Positions 1 to 12,349 of a stretch of 64,000 bases of DNA are shown here, one piece after another. The stretch's first letter is position 1. Every line of letters begins with the position of its first letter. The translations under genes were made by a program, and so were the position numbers. This stretch comes from Cenococcum geophilum (taxonomy: Eukaryota), in NCBI GenBank assembly GCA_050273025.1, contig CP158635.1, positions 2,356,001 through 2,420,000 of the forward strand, read 5' to 3'. Under the pieces are notes generated by a model. The model saw nothing but the letters and a program-made list of their open reading frames with translations. It was not told where the DNA came from and did not search any database.

Positions 1-3000
1 CTAAAAGGCAAACTAGGATTAACCTGTAAAGATATTCTATAACGCTTATTAAAGGAGTTTAGTAAATATATTAAGCACTTCCTCTCTAAGAATATAAATA
101 AGCTACCCCCTTACTAACTATAAGACTATAAAATTAAGATTACCCCTAGAAACTAGGCCTTATACTATAAAAATAGACTACTTTTACCTGCTAAACTTAG
201 GTGTATAAAGAAGTGGATTAATAAGATGTTAGATAAGGGTTTTATCCGTAAATCGACCTTACTAACTACTATACTACTCCTCCTTACTACTAAGCCTAGC
301 GGCGGTATATAAATCTACTATAACTACTAAGGCCTAAATATAGTTACTATTAAAAATTAATACCTACTACTACTAATCCGCGAGACACTTAACGCACTTT
401 ATAGTGCTAAGTACTTTACTAAACTTAATATAATTGCTGCGTTTAACTAGATCCGGATTACGGAGGGCTATAAATAGCTTATAGTATTTATGTAACCGAC
501 TACTGGTGCTCTCCTAAACCTACCCTTAACTCACTCAACGACTCGCTCACCTTGACTCGTTCACCAACTCAAGCCACCGACTCGACCACTGACTCGGTCG
601 ATGACTCGGTCAATTGCTCCTTTCTTATCTCATTATCTATACCTTCCTCATGTATATATATAGACCCTTTAGACCTCTATTTACAATCAAGTCGCTTACT
701 CAATTCTCCCATACTGCAAAGCTTACAATTTATTACCTAGTTCGGACTCTATAAGATACTAGTTATACTATTTAGCCTTTATAATATACCTACTATATTT
801 TAAAACTATATTAACTATATTTTATATAACGCCTTTAATAACTACTACACCGCCTACCTTAATAACGTTCTTATCTTTTCTAAAACACGCGCCAAGTATA
901 CTAAGTATGTAAATAAAGTCATCTAAAGACTTAGTAATGCTAGACTTTAGATTAATATTAATAAGTCTAAGTTCTACTCTACTAAAACAAAATACCTTAG
1001 CTTAATTATTTTAACTAATAGTATAACTATAGACCCTAAGAAGGTATAGGCCTTATAGAAATAGAAGGACCTAATATTAATTAAAGAACTATAATAATTT
1101 CTTGGCTTTGCGAACTTCTACTAATAATTTATCTAAGGCTACTCTACTATCGCTACACCTATAATAAAACTCCTAAAGAAGGATATTAGATGGCTATAGG
1201 GACTAAAACAAGCTAAATTATTTAAGGCCCTTAAGGGAGCCTTTACTTTAGCACTAGTATTAGCATACTATAACTATATAAAGAAAACAGTAGTAGAGAT
1301 AGACGTATTAAATTAGGCTTCTAGCGGAGTCCTTTCCCAATATAATAATAACGGAAAATTAAAACTGGTTGCATTCTTCTCTATAAAGTACTTTATGTTA
1401 AAGTATAACTATAAGATTTATAATAAAGAACTCTTAGCTATTATTAAGGCTTTAGAGGAATGGCGTCCTAAGCTATAAGGGATTAAGGAGCCGTTTAAAA
1501 TTATTACCAACTATAAGAACCTATAGATATTTATAACTACTAAGTAGCTAAACTAGCGCTAAGTCTAGTAGGCAGAGTTTCTTTTATAGTTTAACTTTAT
1601 AATTATATATAGACCTAATAGCAAAGCTACGCTCCCTAATGCCCTAAGCTGGCTACTAAAAATAAGGCCTAAGAACACTAATAATAAACGCCTCCGCCAC
1701 TAAGCCTAAGTTATTATACCGCCCTAAAAAGTTAACCCTATAATCTTAAAAAAATTACTATATAAGTTCTATAACTCTAATAACGCGGAGTTTATAGCCG
1801 CTCTAGACCCTAAAATAGCTAAAAAGTCACTAAATAAGTTAATCTAGTTAGGATACTAGGAGAATAAACTTGTAAGAGATATAGTAGTAGCCCTACGTAA
1901 TTAGAAAGCTTGCTATTAGCTAAAGAAGATTAGGAAATTACTTTATTATAATAAGTTAGAATATAGTATTATTAACGAATAGATCTACTTCCGCTAATAT
2001 TTCTTCGTCTTTAACGCCCTAGACCTTTACCTAAAAGTTACCCATCGCTCTTATAGCAGCGGCCCTATTAGTTACCCTAGCTAAATTAAAACTTTTAACC
2101 TCTTAAACCAAATATACTAGTAGCTAGGAATCTCCCAGTTTATAGCTATCTTTATTAAAGACTATACCCTATACTTTTGCACTAAGACCCCCTATTCTGC
2201 CCTACCTGGTTTTCTAAAACTACTAAAATTACTCGCTTACCCGTAAACTAATATCTTAATTAACTATATTATAACGCTGCCGGTATACTAACGCTACGGT
2301 AAGGTATATAAATATATCCTTATTATTATAGACCGCCTAACTAAAATATAACACCTTATTTTAGTAATAGGACTCTTAATAGAGGAGCTAGTTAATAGCT
2401 TTATTAATAATGTATATAAGCTCTACGGTATACCAAGTATAATTATCTCTAATTACGGCATATAATTTATTAGTAACTTTTAGCAATAATTAAGTAAACG
2501 CCTTAAGATAACCTTGTAACTAAGTTTAGCCTAATACCTAAAAACGGACGGCTAAACTAAAATTATTAACGCTGCCGTAAATAAATACCTTTATACTTTT
2601 ATTAGCTTTATATAGGACAACTAGGTTAACTACCTACTACTTACTAAGTTTACTATAAATAACTAAGTTAATAAGAGTATAGGCATCTCCCCGTTTTTTG
2701 CAAACTATAGCTTTAACCCTTACCTCGGAATTAAGCCTACTAGCCCCTACCTACTAATACTATTAGTATAAGTAAAGAAGGAGTTTTTTTGCGCAGACTT
2801 TATAGCTAACCACTTTAAGCAGATATTAACATAGCTTAAGGCCCTAGCCCGGATTTTATAGTAACGCTATAAAAATAATGCTAATACCCGTAGGGATAAG
2901 AGCGCGTTATTCTACAAAGGTGATATAGTTATAGTTAGCTTAGAAAATATAAAGATAAACAGACCTAAGAAGAAATAGGACAATAAATAGGATGGCCTAT

Positions 3001-3925
3001 ACCCCGTACTTGCAGTATACTAAGAAGTAGTTATAGTAGACCTCCTAGACTATATCTAAGTAAATAAATCCTTTTATATATCTAAGGTCCGCCTTTAGGC
3101 TGCTAAAGAGATCCTTAACTAAGCAAATATTAATATTATAGAGCGCTATAATATACAAGGACGAGTAGCAGAGAGAGATAATAACGGCAATATAGAAGGC
3201 AAATAGGAGTTTAAGAAAATCCTTAATATATATAACGAAGACCCCTAGGGCCTAACTTATAAGATTAAATGGAAATATTATAAGGATATAACCTAGCAGC
3301 TAAAGGAAGACCTAAAGGGTTATAAATAAGCTATATAGCGCTTCTATAAGCAACACCCTAAGAAGCTAGGACCCCTAGACTAGGTATAAGATAAGGAAAA
3401 GTCACGCCGAGGTTACAGCCAACTACTATATTAAAATTTGTAGTGGTTAGAATGTTATAGAACTTTAACTAGCGGTTAAAGTTATTTAATTAGCTAAATT
3501 CTCGCCAAGAAACGCTATATAGATTAATTTGGGTAGCAGTATAGAGTTCTACTAACCTTACTTACTAAACTAATAAATTAGGATTTTCTATACCTGGTAT
3601 AAAAAATCGCTATTAGCTTAGTTAAGGGCGGTAAGCGGAACTAATATCTTTATAATAAAAAATAGGCAACCCTATACACTGCCTATTTCTAAGTTATCTA
3701 TTTAATTTATGGACTAAACTATCTAGGGGAGAGGAGTACTGTTACGGCACTAACCTAACGTATACTATTTTATACTATCTTATACTGTTTCCTACTATTA
3801 GCTAGCCTACTACTAGCGACTTAGCGACCGGCCTTACTATTTATATACAATACCCCCTTTCTACCTTCTACCCCTCTTTATACTATAACGTAGTTATTTA
3901 GTCTACTTTATTGCAGCACTATAAT
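1..3925 (+). mobile_element. Ty3/Gypsy chromovirus relic (Gypsy-1): pol, PPT and 3' LTR; 5' part lies outside the window
   Basis: De-RIPed motifs in order: RT (KPGGGVRICHDYRGLN ~290-340, YPLPLIRETL ~361, YLDDVL ~855), RNase H (~1250-1600), integrase (PETDGQTE ~2537), chromodomain (~3200-3340). PPT ggggagaggag at ~3726 is followed by an LTR starting tgttacggcac at 3740. LTR end ~3925 is approximate. Many RIP stop codons. Confidence 0.9.
491..727. mobile_element. Solo LTR (237 bp) inserted in the Gypsy-1 RT
   Basis: TGTAA...TTACA termini; 5-bp TSD attta at 486-490 and 728-732; removing it rejoins the RT motif (WLTAF-ITRFGLYE). Confidence 0.9.
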
Positions 3926-6750
3926 GGTAGCGGCTATATATATAGCTTCTTATGGAGTTTAATAGCCCTAAGGCCAGATCCGTTAACTAGTAAATTAAGG
4001 GCGGCTTTTACTAAGCACTAGGCTGCTTTTATATTTATAATAAATCCTAATTAATCTAGGCCTCCTAATCTTTAATATTTTTCTACTCTTAGCTATAAAG
4101 AATAGCTTAATACTAGTAAGCTTCTTACTACCTACCTTAATCGGTTTTAACGGCACCGTAATTATACTAAATCTTACTACTTAAGATTAAAGAAAGGCTC
4201 CGTTATGGCGAAGGAGTGCTACTTTTACTTTTTACGCTTTCTCCATAATAAGGCCGCTATATTAAAGAATTAAAATCTATATTACTAGATATTCTATCTA
4301 TAGCGTAATAATAAGCTTCTTAATAGCTATAATTTAGCTATAATACTAGCGTAAATAGCAAATATTAATACGTCGCCCGCTATAAGTATATTAGTAATAG
4401 TTAACTATATAGGTAAATATTATAGTAAGAAAGAGAAAAGGTTAACTTGCTACTAGGAGTTACTCTAATTAGTATAGCCGTACGCCAACAGTCTTTATGC
4501 CTTTAGTTTAATAGTAGCTAAGTTTATAAACAAGCTTATTACTAAACGTAATTAGTTAGCGTTAGAGGTATACTATCTACTTCTTAATATTTCCCTTTTT
4601 AAAGGCTTAAGGAATATAATAACTTTAAACTGCCGCTAAGAGGATAATTAAAGCGCTATATATAAGCTTAAAGATAGGTAACTAAGAGGGTATAGACTGT
4701 TTAACTATAAGAAATATAAGCGCCGCCTAAATAGGGTAGAGGATATTACTTTCCTTAATTTTCTACTCTATTTTAATTACTCTACTTATAAGCGTTAACT
4801 AAGAGCAAGGCCTTAAGTTATATCGTACTTTCCGTAATATAAAGGCAATCCCTCCTATCTATAGTATCCTAAGTTCTGCTATATAAAGCTTATTCTTTAC
4901 TATTTATAACGGGAGTATAAAGAAGTGGCTACTTATATTAATGGATTTAGGGCCTCTAATTATATAGCTTCCTATTAGGCTTATATTAACTCTTATTAGC
5001 ATCCGCCTAACTACTTCTATAATTAGAAACTAGAGAAAGGTTATAAAACTACTAATAATATTAATAAGTTTAAGGGCGATTTCGTAGACAACTTGGAGCT
5101 ATACTAGTCCTTTAAGGCCCTACATACCCGCGTTAAAAATATTAATAGAGTTAAAATTAAGGATTTTAATAGGCTTAGTAATAGGGAGCTTAATTATAAC
5201 TATAACTAGAATACGCATTAGGGTACGTACCCGCAGCTTAATAAGAGGACTTATTGGCAGGAAGTATAGCTATAGCCTTTACAATAGAGCCGCCTATCCT
5301 AAATAGTAACTCTATCCTCCTTATAACTAGGTTAGCGTTATATTTATAACGTTATAGTTAATTACTATAGGCAGATCTAAGTAGGCGTTGGCCCCTCCTT
5401 ACTGCGAATTAATATTAATAGAGAGGCAAGAACTGGCAAATTATATCTTATTACTATCCTCTCTACTACGCTCTGTAATATAGTAAGGGCTAATAATAAG
5501 CTAATACTATTGGCTTAAGCGGCCCTTACTAGGGTAACTACCTTTAATATTAACGGCAGAACTATATACGATTTATTAAGGTTGCTAGTAAATCGCCTAT
5601 TTAAGGACTTGCTTACTACTAGTCTTACGCCTCTATAATAGGCTTTTAAGGATATTTACTATCTCGTCCTTAATAAAAAATCTATAATTAGGCAAGTACA
5701 TCTAGCCTAAATTAATCGCTACCTCTATTAGATCTACCCTACGTATAATAATAACTACTTTAGAGGCTTAAACATCTTACTAGTAGGCGATTTTTATTAG
5801 CTCCCCCCTATAAATTAGGCGGCCTTATATAGCAATCTACCCGCTAGGCCGTTAGAGCTTACTAGCTATAGAAAAGAAGCCTATAAGGCAATTAACTAAA
5901 CTGCTATTTTAGATTAAGTTATATAGCAGGGCGGTAATAACGCTAAGAGCTCTATATTTAGGACTGCCCTTATAAAGCTATATAGTGATTTTATAAGTAA
6001 ATCGACCTAGAAGCTTCTTTTAACTAGGTATAAGTAGGGCCTGTCCACTAATAAGGTTGCGGGCTTTAATAACGCAATTTAGCTATATAGTACACGCGCT
6101 ACTATAGGTAAGTATAACACTACTTAGCTTCGCGACCTTTTACAGCTAGTAGTAGCTATTAAGTTAGTTAACACTAGTATAGGTATAAGGAAAGTTACTC
6201 CTAATTAGTGCGATACTATAAAGAATCTAGCCCTATATATTGGCGTAAAAGTAATACTAATATAGAATATCTGGATTAAACTAGGCTTAGTAAACGGTAC
6301 TACTAGTATAATTAAAGATATTATATAGAAGGGACACAGATATTAAAAAGGATTAGCCTTAGTTACTACTAATTATAGTAAATAGGTATAATGGACCTGC
6401 CCTATTCACTCGGCAGGATAGTAAGAAAGTTATTTCTATATTTTCTATGCTTTATAAATAGGAGGGTATAAAAGGCTCTTACTTACGGCGTTAATTTTTA
6501 ATTACTTTAGCTTTTACTCTTACCGTATATAAAAGCTAGGGCCTAATACTTAACTAAGTAGTTTTAGATATTAAGGAAAAGGATTAAACAGCTAGGCTAA
6601 CCTATATAGCAATCTCACAAGTTAAAAAGCTTTTAGGGCTTATATTTAAACGTAGGTTTAATATAAAACAATTTTAGTTATCTATAAGTAAGACTAAAGA
6701 GGTATAATAAGAAGATTTTATATAGAGGCAGTAGTAACTACTTATAAACG
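3926..6750 (+). mobile_element. Helitron Rep-helicase relic (Rep C-terminal half plus PIF1-family helicase)
   Basis: De-RIPed: HUH motif GSGHVHGFLW 3926-3955; CRFHFP ~4217; WxANIDTSP...YVGKYCSK ~4350-4430; ERDWSA ~4545; Walker A DGEAGTGKS 5417-5443; GVAAFNINGRTVH ~5512; LDEKSM ~5669; GDFHQLPP ~5787; GLVNG ~6283; TVHKSQGLTL ~6522; YVAISRV ~6603. Confidence 0.88.
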
Positions 6751-7199
6751 ACTTTTCCTAATTAGGAAATTATATACTGGCTTAGAGGTAAGTAGAGAAT
6801 ATAGCATTTGTCTTAGTTTCCTAACTTTTAAATAGCTTAACCGCGAAATCCAATTTTCTAAATTTTAACCCCCCTATCTGTCCTACCTTCTTATCGCTTC
6901 TAAAGCTATTAAATATACATATAATAGTATATAGGGAGAATTAGCAGTACTGCCGGATTAATATTGTTACTATCTATAGTGTTAATTAATTTTTAGAATT
7001 TTTTAATTTTTTTAAAGGGCGGAAATGTCGCTTATATAAGAAGTTATATAACCTCTAAGAATACTTAGGACCGTATATTAGCAGCCACGACTTCTCTATA
7101 CTATAGTTAAGATTTTATATATACTGTACCTAGAGCTGCTTATAATAACTATTACCTATAGATTTACTAATTTATAAATTAAAAATTAGACGTAGTTAG

Positions 7200-7750
7200 A
7201 GCTGTTAGTAGGGGTTATTAATTACGCTCCCTATAATAAAATTTTAGATTTTAGTAATCTAAACTAATAAATTAAATTAAAAGTTCGGAACGTTTAAATA
7301 AAGTTTTACTAAAATACTAGCTAGACCCTAACCTAGACCCTTCTTAACCTGTTAAATTCTAAAAATAACAACCTTTACTAAATTAAAAATTAACCTTATC
7401 CATAATAAGCCCTCTAATTGGATTTAATAATTCTTTATTATCTAAATTATAGCTAAAACTAATGAAGTATAGCAGTATATCGACCTATTTAAGAAGAAAT
7501 ACGATCTTCTAAAGCTAGAACTACTAAGTCGGCCTACGCTAAGGGATATACTACCTATAGCTATATTAATAGCAAAGTTAGACCTAAACCAGCTTACTAC
7601 CTATAACTAGCTCTACGCTAAATATAAGGATAATCTACGCGTATACTAGAAGCAAAAACAGGCTATGAACGATATTAATAACTATATTGTTCGCACTACA
7701 TCGGTAGCCTACCTTTTACTTATTAATAGCCTTAGTAGTTAGTTACATTA
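7200..7750 (+). mobile_element. Probable Copia 5' fragment (LTR-like start and gag N-terminus)
   Basis: De-RIPed reading ...LDKPSDWIQWFF...EVWQYIDPSK...PPSRPTP at ~7390-7550 resembles fungal Copia gag N-termini; tgttag LTR-like start at ~7204; truncated. Confidence 0.5.
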
Positions 7751-7879
7751 AATATTTAAGGCGTCTTTACTACTATAGTAGCCACTATAGTAACAAAGAC
7801 ATCCTGTATTTTAGTAAGTAATTAAGCCTATCTTATACGAGAATCTTATACTATTAGTACTTACCAAATTACGTGCTTG

Positions 7880-8618
7880 TAGGGCCTCCTCCCGTCTATA
7901 AATACTCCCTCCTCTATACCTTCCTCTCTTCTTCTTTCTTCTTCCTTATAAGAGCTAAAGCTGCTCTAATACCCCTCCCTAGTCCCTACTAAGGGATTTA
8001 TTAGTTAACGTGGCGATATAAATAGCATCTAATAAGGAAATAGGTAAGAGAAGAGACAGAAAGAACGGAGGGGCGTTTAGTAGGTATTAGTTAAGCAATG
8101 TTAATGTCTATATTATAGCTGCCTAATCTCCTATTTATAGGCCTCCTCCTATTTATAAATACTTCCTTCTTTACACTTTCCTTTCTTCCTTTCTTCTTCC
8201 TTATAAGAGCTAGAGGTGCTTTAATACTCCTCCCTAGTCCCTACTAAGGGATCTATTAGTTAACGTGGTAATATAGATAGCATTTAATAAGGAGATAGGT
8301 AAGAGAGAAGATAGAAAGGACGGAGGGGCGTTTAGTAGGTATTAGTTAAGCAATATTAATGTCTATATTATAGCTGCCTAATCTCCTATTTATAGGCCTC
8401 CTCCCATTTATAAATACTCCCTCCTTTATACCTTCCTCTCTTCTTCTTTCTTCTTCCTTATAAGAGCTAGAGGCGCTTTAATACCTCTCCCTAGTCTCTA
8501 TTAAGGGATCTATTAGTTAATATAGCAATATAAATAGTATTAGACGAGGAGATAGGTAAAAGAGGAGATAGGAAAGACGGAGGAACCTCTGGTAGGTATT
8601 AGTTGAGTAACGTTAATA
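7880..8618. repeat. Tandem repeat, about 3 copies of a ~256-bp unit
   Basis: The unit marker gcctcctcc recurs at 7884, 8141 and 8396; each unit has a CT-rich tract followed by a GA-rich tract. Confidence 0.9.
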
Positions 8619-8736
8619 GCGGTTTTTATTACCTAAAAATTGCGTTATATAACGATATTTAGAAACGTAAATATATACTCCTATCCTATACTTATACCAC
8701 TACTAAATATTCTAGATTTTGCACTCGGAGCTACTT

Positions 8737-9486
8737 ATAATAGGCATTTCTAAAAGATCTGCCAGTTTAAAGCTCTATAATTAAACATTATTAATATTTT
8801 ATATAGGGGTCGTTAATTAAGCTCCTAGGATACAATTTTTAAAGTTTAACACTATACTAATATTACGACCTTCTTGCAGTGGCTAAGCTATCCCCAATCT
8901 CCTCCTCCTTCTCCCCCCTTCCATTACTTAGCGCCGAGCTATTGCGTTATTATACGTCCGAACTAGGTAGGTAATGATATAGTTATTTAATTATATTAGA
9001 CGTCTTTATATATAGTTATATCTCTTCCTATACGCGTATTTAATTAAGTTAGGGTAGTAAACTTACTTTAATTCCAGCTATACGGCGATTTAGTTATTAG
9101 GTATTAAAAATATTTAGTATATAAAGCTTTAAATTAGAATTATAATCTACTATATTAGATCCTACGTAAAGGGCTCTATATTAAAGCTCTGCAGTCTAAA
9201 TATATACTAGATTTGTAACTAATATAATTCTTAAGCCTAGCTTAAGTAGGGCGCCTTAGTTACTATAATAGATCCTTACCTAGCAGTAACTAAGGCGCCT
9301 TAATCTTACTACTACTTCTAAATTAAGTAAAAGCTCTATATAGGGGGGTTCCAGGGGGTCTCCCCCTAGAAAACCTTATCTCTATATATATTAATTAAAG
9401 TCTATATAATAAAGCTCTAAAATTAATTGGCTTATTACTTATAAACTCAGGTCAAAATTTACGTTAGGGGATTAACGTTCCGCATG
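8737..9486. mobile_element. Unclassified dispersed repeat, copy 1 (inverted relative to 63232-64000)
   Basis: Reverse complement of 63232-64000 apart from RIP-type transitions and a ~20-bp indel; homology stops sharply at ...gattaacgttccgcatg. The left limit is set only by copy 2 running off the window. Confidence 0.8.
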
Positions 9487-9524
9487 TTTATAAATTAATC
9501 AAATATCTCGCTTCCTAGTTAGCT

Positions 9525-11651
9525 TATTTTTATTTTTTTATTTTTATCTATTGTATTATACTATGTACAATACTGCGCATATAGCCTTAGGCTATGGCGC
9601 TATAGTTCTATATACATAAATCCTTTCTAGGCAGCTTAATATGTACTAGTAGCTATATCCTAGTAGTTTATAAACTCCTAAATTAGGAGTTTATAGTTTC
9701 CTAGTAAAATACTAAGATACTATAACTACTAGGGAATAAGAAAATGGTAAGAAAAACTATAAGAAATCCCAACCCCTATTCCTGTCCTTTTGTAATTTAT
9801 TTCTATTCTTTTGCTCTCTAATATCTTTTTAAGAGCTTAGTAGGAGTTGCCTCCTTCTAGAATCCTATCTGTTTTTATTCTTCCATAGAATCTTCTTTAC
9901 GTACTAGTTTAGCAGCTTTAAGAGTCTCGCGGTCTTTACTATTAGCAAAGTGTTTTTCTTTACGATTAATGCAAAGAGGGGTAGTATGCTAGCAAGGCTT
10001 GCCTGTTATTATACAGGTAGAATAGGAATAGTCTTTAGATAAATATGCAGCCGCACAGTATCTACAAGCCCTAGTAGAGCACCTGTCTCCTATATGGCCA
10101 AATTTTTGGCAGCTCGTACACTGCGTAGTAGGAGAGACTTCGAGGTATTTTACTACCTTAGTAGCTATACCTGCAATTAATATCTCTTTTTGCTTAAGGA
10201 TTTCTTGTCTTTTTTCTTCGTTCTCTATAGTAAAAACTATAGAGCCAAATCTAGTCTATAGATTGTGTCTTTTTACACTAGATAAGATCTATCTAGGTAG
10301 TCCTTGTATCCTTATAGGATTAAAGGTCTCAATTTCTTCTTTTAGAAGCTTAGAGCTTCCTTCTTCTAAGAAAGGTAGGGTAGGAACCCTATGGGCTATA
10401 ATTTAAACCCAAGGTTCTAGTTTTTGTTCTCTTTAAAAGGTAAAGCAGTTATGCCAGATTTCTTTATATTTAACTAGGAAATCTGCATTATACTCTTCCG
10501 TAGTCGTAAGGAGAATATTTTGTTTTCCTTTAGTTCTAGCTATGGATGCTAAAATAGGTTTTTTTACTTGCAGTTTTAATGCAAATAGTTAATTGACTTT
10601 GTTTCGTATAGAGAAGATATCTAAAGGTTAGTCCTTTTGGTCTGTAATTAGGACTAGCTTTCTTTCTTATAGCTGCTTTTTCTTACTTCTAGTAGAAGTA
10701 GAAGGAGTAGGAAATGGTAGTAATAAGAAGGGTAGAGAGGACGAAGTAGGGAGGTCCTTCTTTAGCCTCTCTGCGTAGGTTTCTTTAGTAGGGGCTACCT
10801 CCTTACGGAGAGCTCTTACTTCTTCAACTAGTCCTTTTAGGACATTGTTTGTCTTTTCTTTTCCTTTTATAAAGGGGTTTTCTCCTACTAGGACACTACG
10901 TGTATAGTCCTCTAGCTGTTTAACTTGTTCCTTTTTGTTTTCTTCTTCTTCTTCTTCTTCTTCTTCTTCTAGCCCTTTATAGGCCTGGGTTAGGCTATCT
11001 AGAGCCTTTTATAGGTGTTGTTCTGGAGAAAGGGAAGTGAAAGATATACTAGGTATACCAGCCGTGAAAGTCCTCATTTTGGTTATCTTTTTGCAGGTTT
11101 TTGGTTTTCTTTTTCAGTAGAAGACTAAGGATATCCTCTTTTTTCTCCTGTCCCAAATAGGCCAGGGGAAGGAGAAGGGGCAGAAAAAGTAAGTGTAGAT
11201 ATAGACTTATTATCACTTATTTCTATAGGAGGTTTCTTTTTAGGCCTATCGGGCCTTGGCATTTTGTGTCTTATAAGGGGGTTTTCCTAGTTTTTACTAT
11301 CCTTATACCCTTTTCTCCTTACTAATCCTACTAGAAGATTTCTAGGGAGATTAGGCTAAGAGGTAGTAGAGAAACTAGCCCCTATTTTGTAGTTTTAGTA
11401 TTAGTGGTAGTATTAGTAGGTTTAGTGTTCCTATCCGTGCCTCGCTTATAAGCTAGGGCCACCCTTAAAGAAAATTTTCTGTTGGGAAGAGGGGGTAAAA
11501 CGACAAATAAATCTACCTCTAGCTCGCTAGGCAGTAGGAATTAGGTCTTGAAAGTTAGAAAATCGATTGTTTTTGATGGTAAGATGGGTATGCGTAAGTT
11601 TTGGAGTGTGGCGCTACCTTTTGGTAAGGTTGCATGTGTGGTGAAGGTTTT
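9525..11651 (-). mobile_element. ORF1-only LINE (derivative of LINE family A)
   Basis: A-rich tail at 9525-9546; 3' UTR and 5' end homologous to the full-length copies; ORF1 11262-9875 with Cys/His knuckles; no ORF2; TSD cttcctagttagct 9511-9524 / cctcctagtcagct 11652-11665. Confidence 0.88.
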
Positions 11652-11818
11652 CCTCCTAGTCAGCTACGTTATAGTCTAAGGGACTTTTCCAGACTTTATT
11701 AAGGGACGCGACTTGTTTTATATGTAGAGTAGTTACCTTCTTCAACGAAATTGATCTACACCCCCATAGCAGCTATCATCTCAGAAATACCGTTAAATTA
11801 ATTTACAGAAGCAGCTCT

Positions 11819-12349
11819 ATGAGTATATCTACTCCGTGCGCCTCCACGATATCTGGTAGAAAGCGCCGCCGAACGGGCGATGCGTCAATTGAATCGCCTA
11901 CGGAGGCTCCGCACGAAGCTCCGCACGAAGCTCTGCACGAAGCTCCGCACAAAGCTCTGCGTACGGAGGCTCTGCATGAAGCTCTGCGTATGGAGGCTCT
12001 GCATGAAGCTCTGCGCACGGAGGCTCTGCATGAAGCTCCGCGTACGGAGGCTCTGCACGAAGCTATACGGAGGCTCTGCACGACGGCTCCGCGTATGACG
12101 GTTCTGCGTACGACGGTTCTGCATACGACGGCTCTACTACGGAGGCTCTATATAAAGCTCTGTGCAGAGCTTCGTGTAGAGCTTCGTGCAGAGCCTCCGT
12201 ATGCAGATCTTTGTGCGGAGCTTTGTGTAAAGCTTCGTGCAGAGCTTCGTGCAGAGCTTCGTGCAGAGCTTCGTGCAGAGCTTCGCGCAGAGCTTCGTGC
12301 AGAGCTTCATGTGGAGCTTTGTGCAAAGCTTTTGTACGCGGAGCCTTGA
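11819..12349 (+). CDS. Possible 176-aa low-complexity protein (basic RKRRR motif, EALH and RAEL repeats); may be non-coding
   Basis: Longest ORF in the track, lying in a GC-rich island with little RIP. Most of its openness is explained by the stop-free 12-bp repeat unit. Confidence 0.3.
   Translation: MSISTPCASTISGRKRRRTGDASIESPTEAPHEAPHEALHEAPHKALRTEALHEALRMEALHEALRTEALHEAPRTEALHEAIRRLCTTAPRMTVLRTTVLHTTALLRRLYIKLCAELRVELRAEPPYADLCAELCVKLRAELRAELRAELRAELRAELRAELHVELCAKLLYAEP
11900..12346. repeat. Palindromic minisatellite: (GAAGCTCTGCAC)n arm followed by a reverse-complement (GTGCAGAGCTTC)n arm
   Basis: 12-bp units (and a 27-bp higher-order unit) are directly visible; orientation switches at ~12155-12165. 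Confidence 0.92.

Noticed and set aside
552..740. 62-aa ORF
   Set aside because: Lies in the solo LTR over gactcg repeats; most likely a chance frame in a less-RIPed insert.
4150..4162. cggcaccgtaa as a possible end of the Gypsy-1 LTR
   Set aside because: It falls inside the Helitron Rep reading frame, which already starts at 3926.
11900..12346. CRISPR-like appearance of the repeats
   Set aside because: No unique spacers, no cas genes, and the context is eukaryotic.
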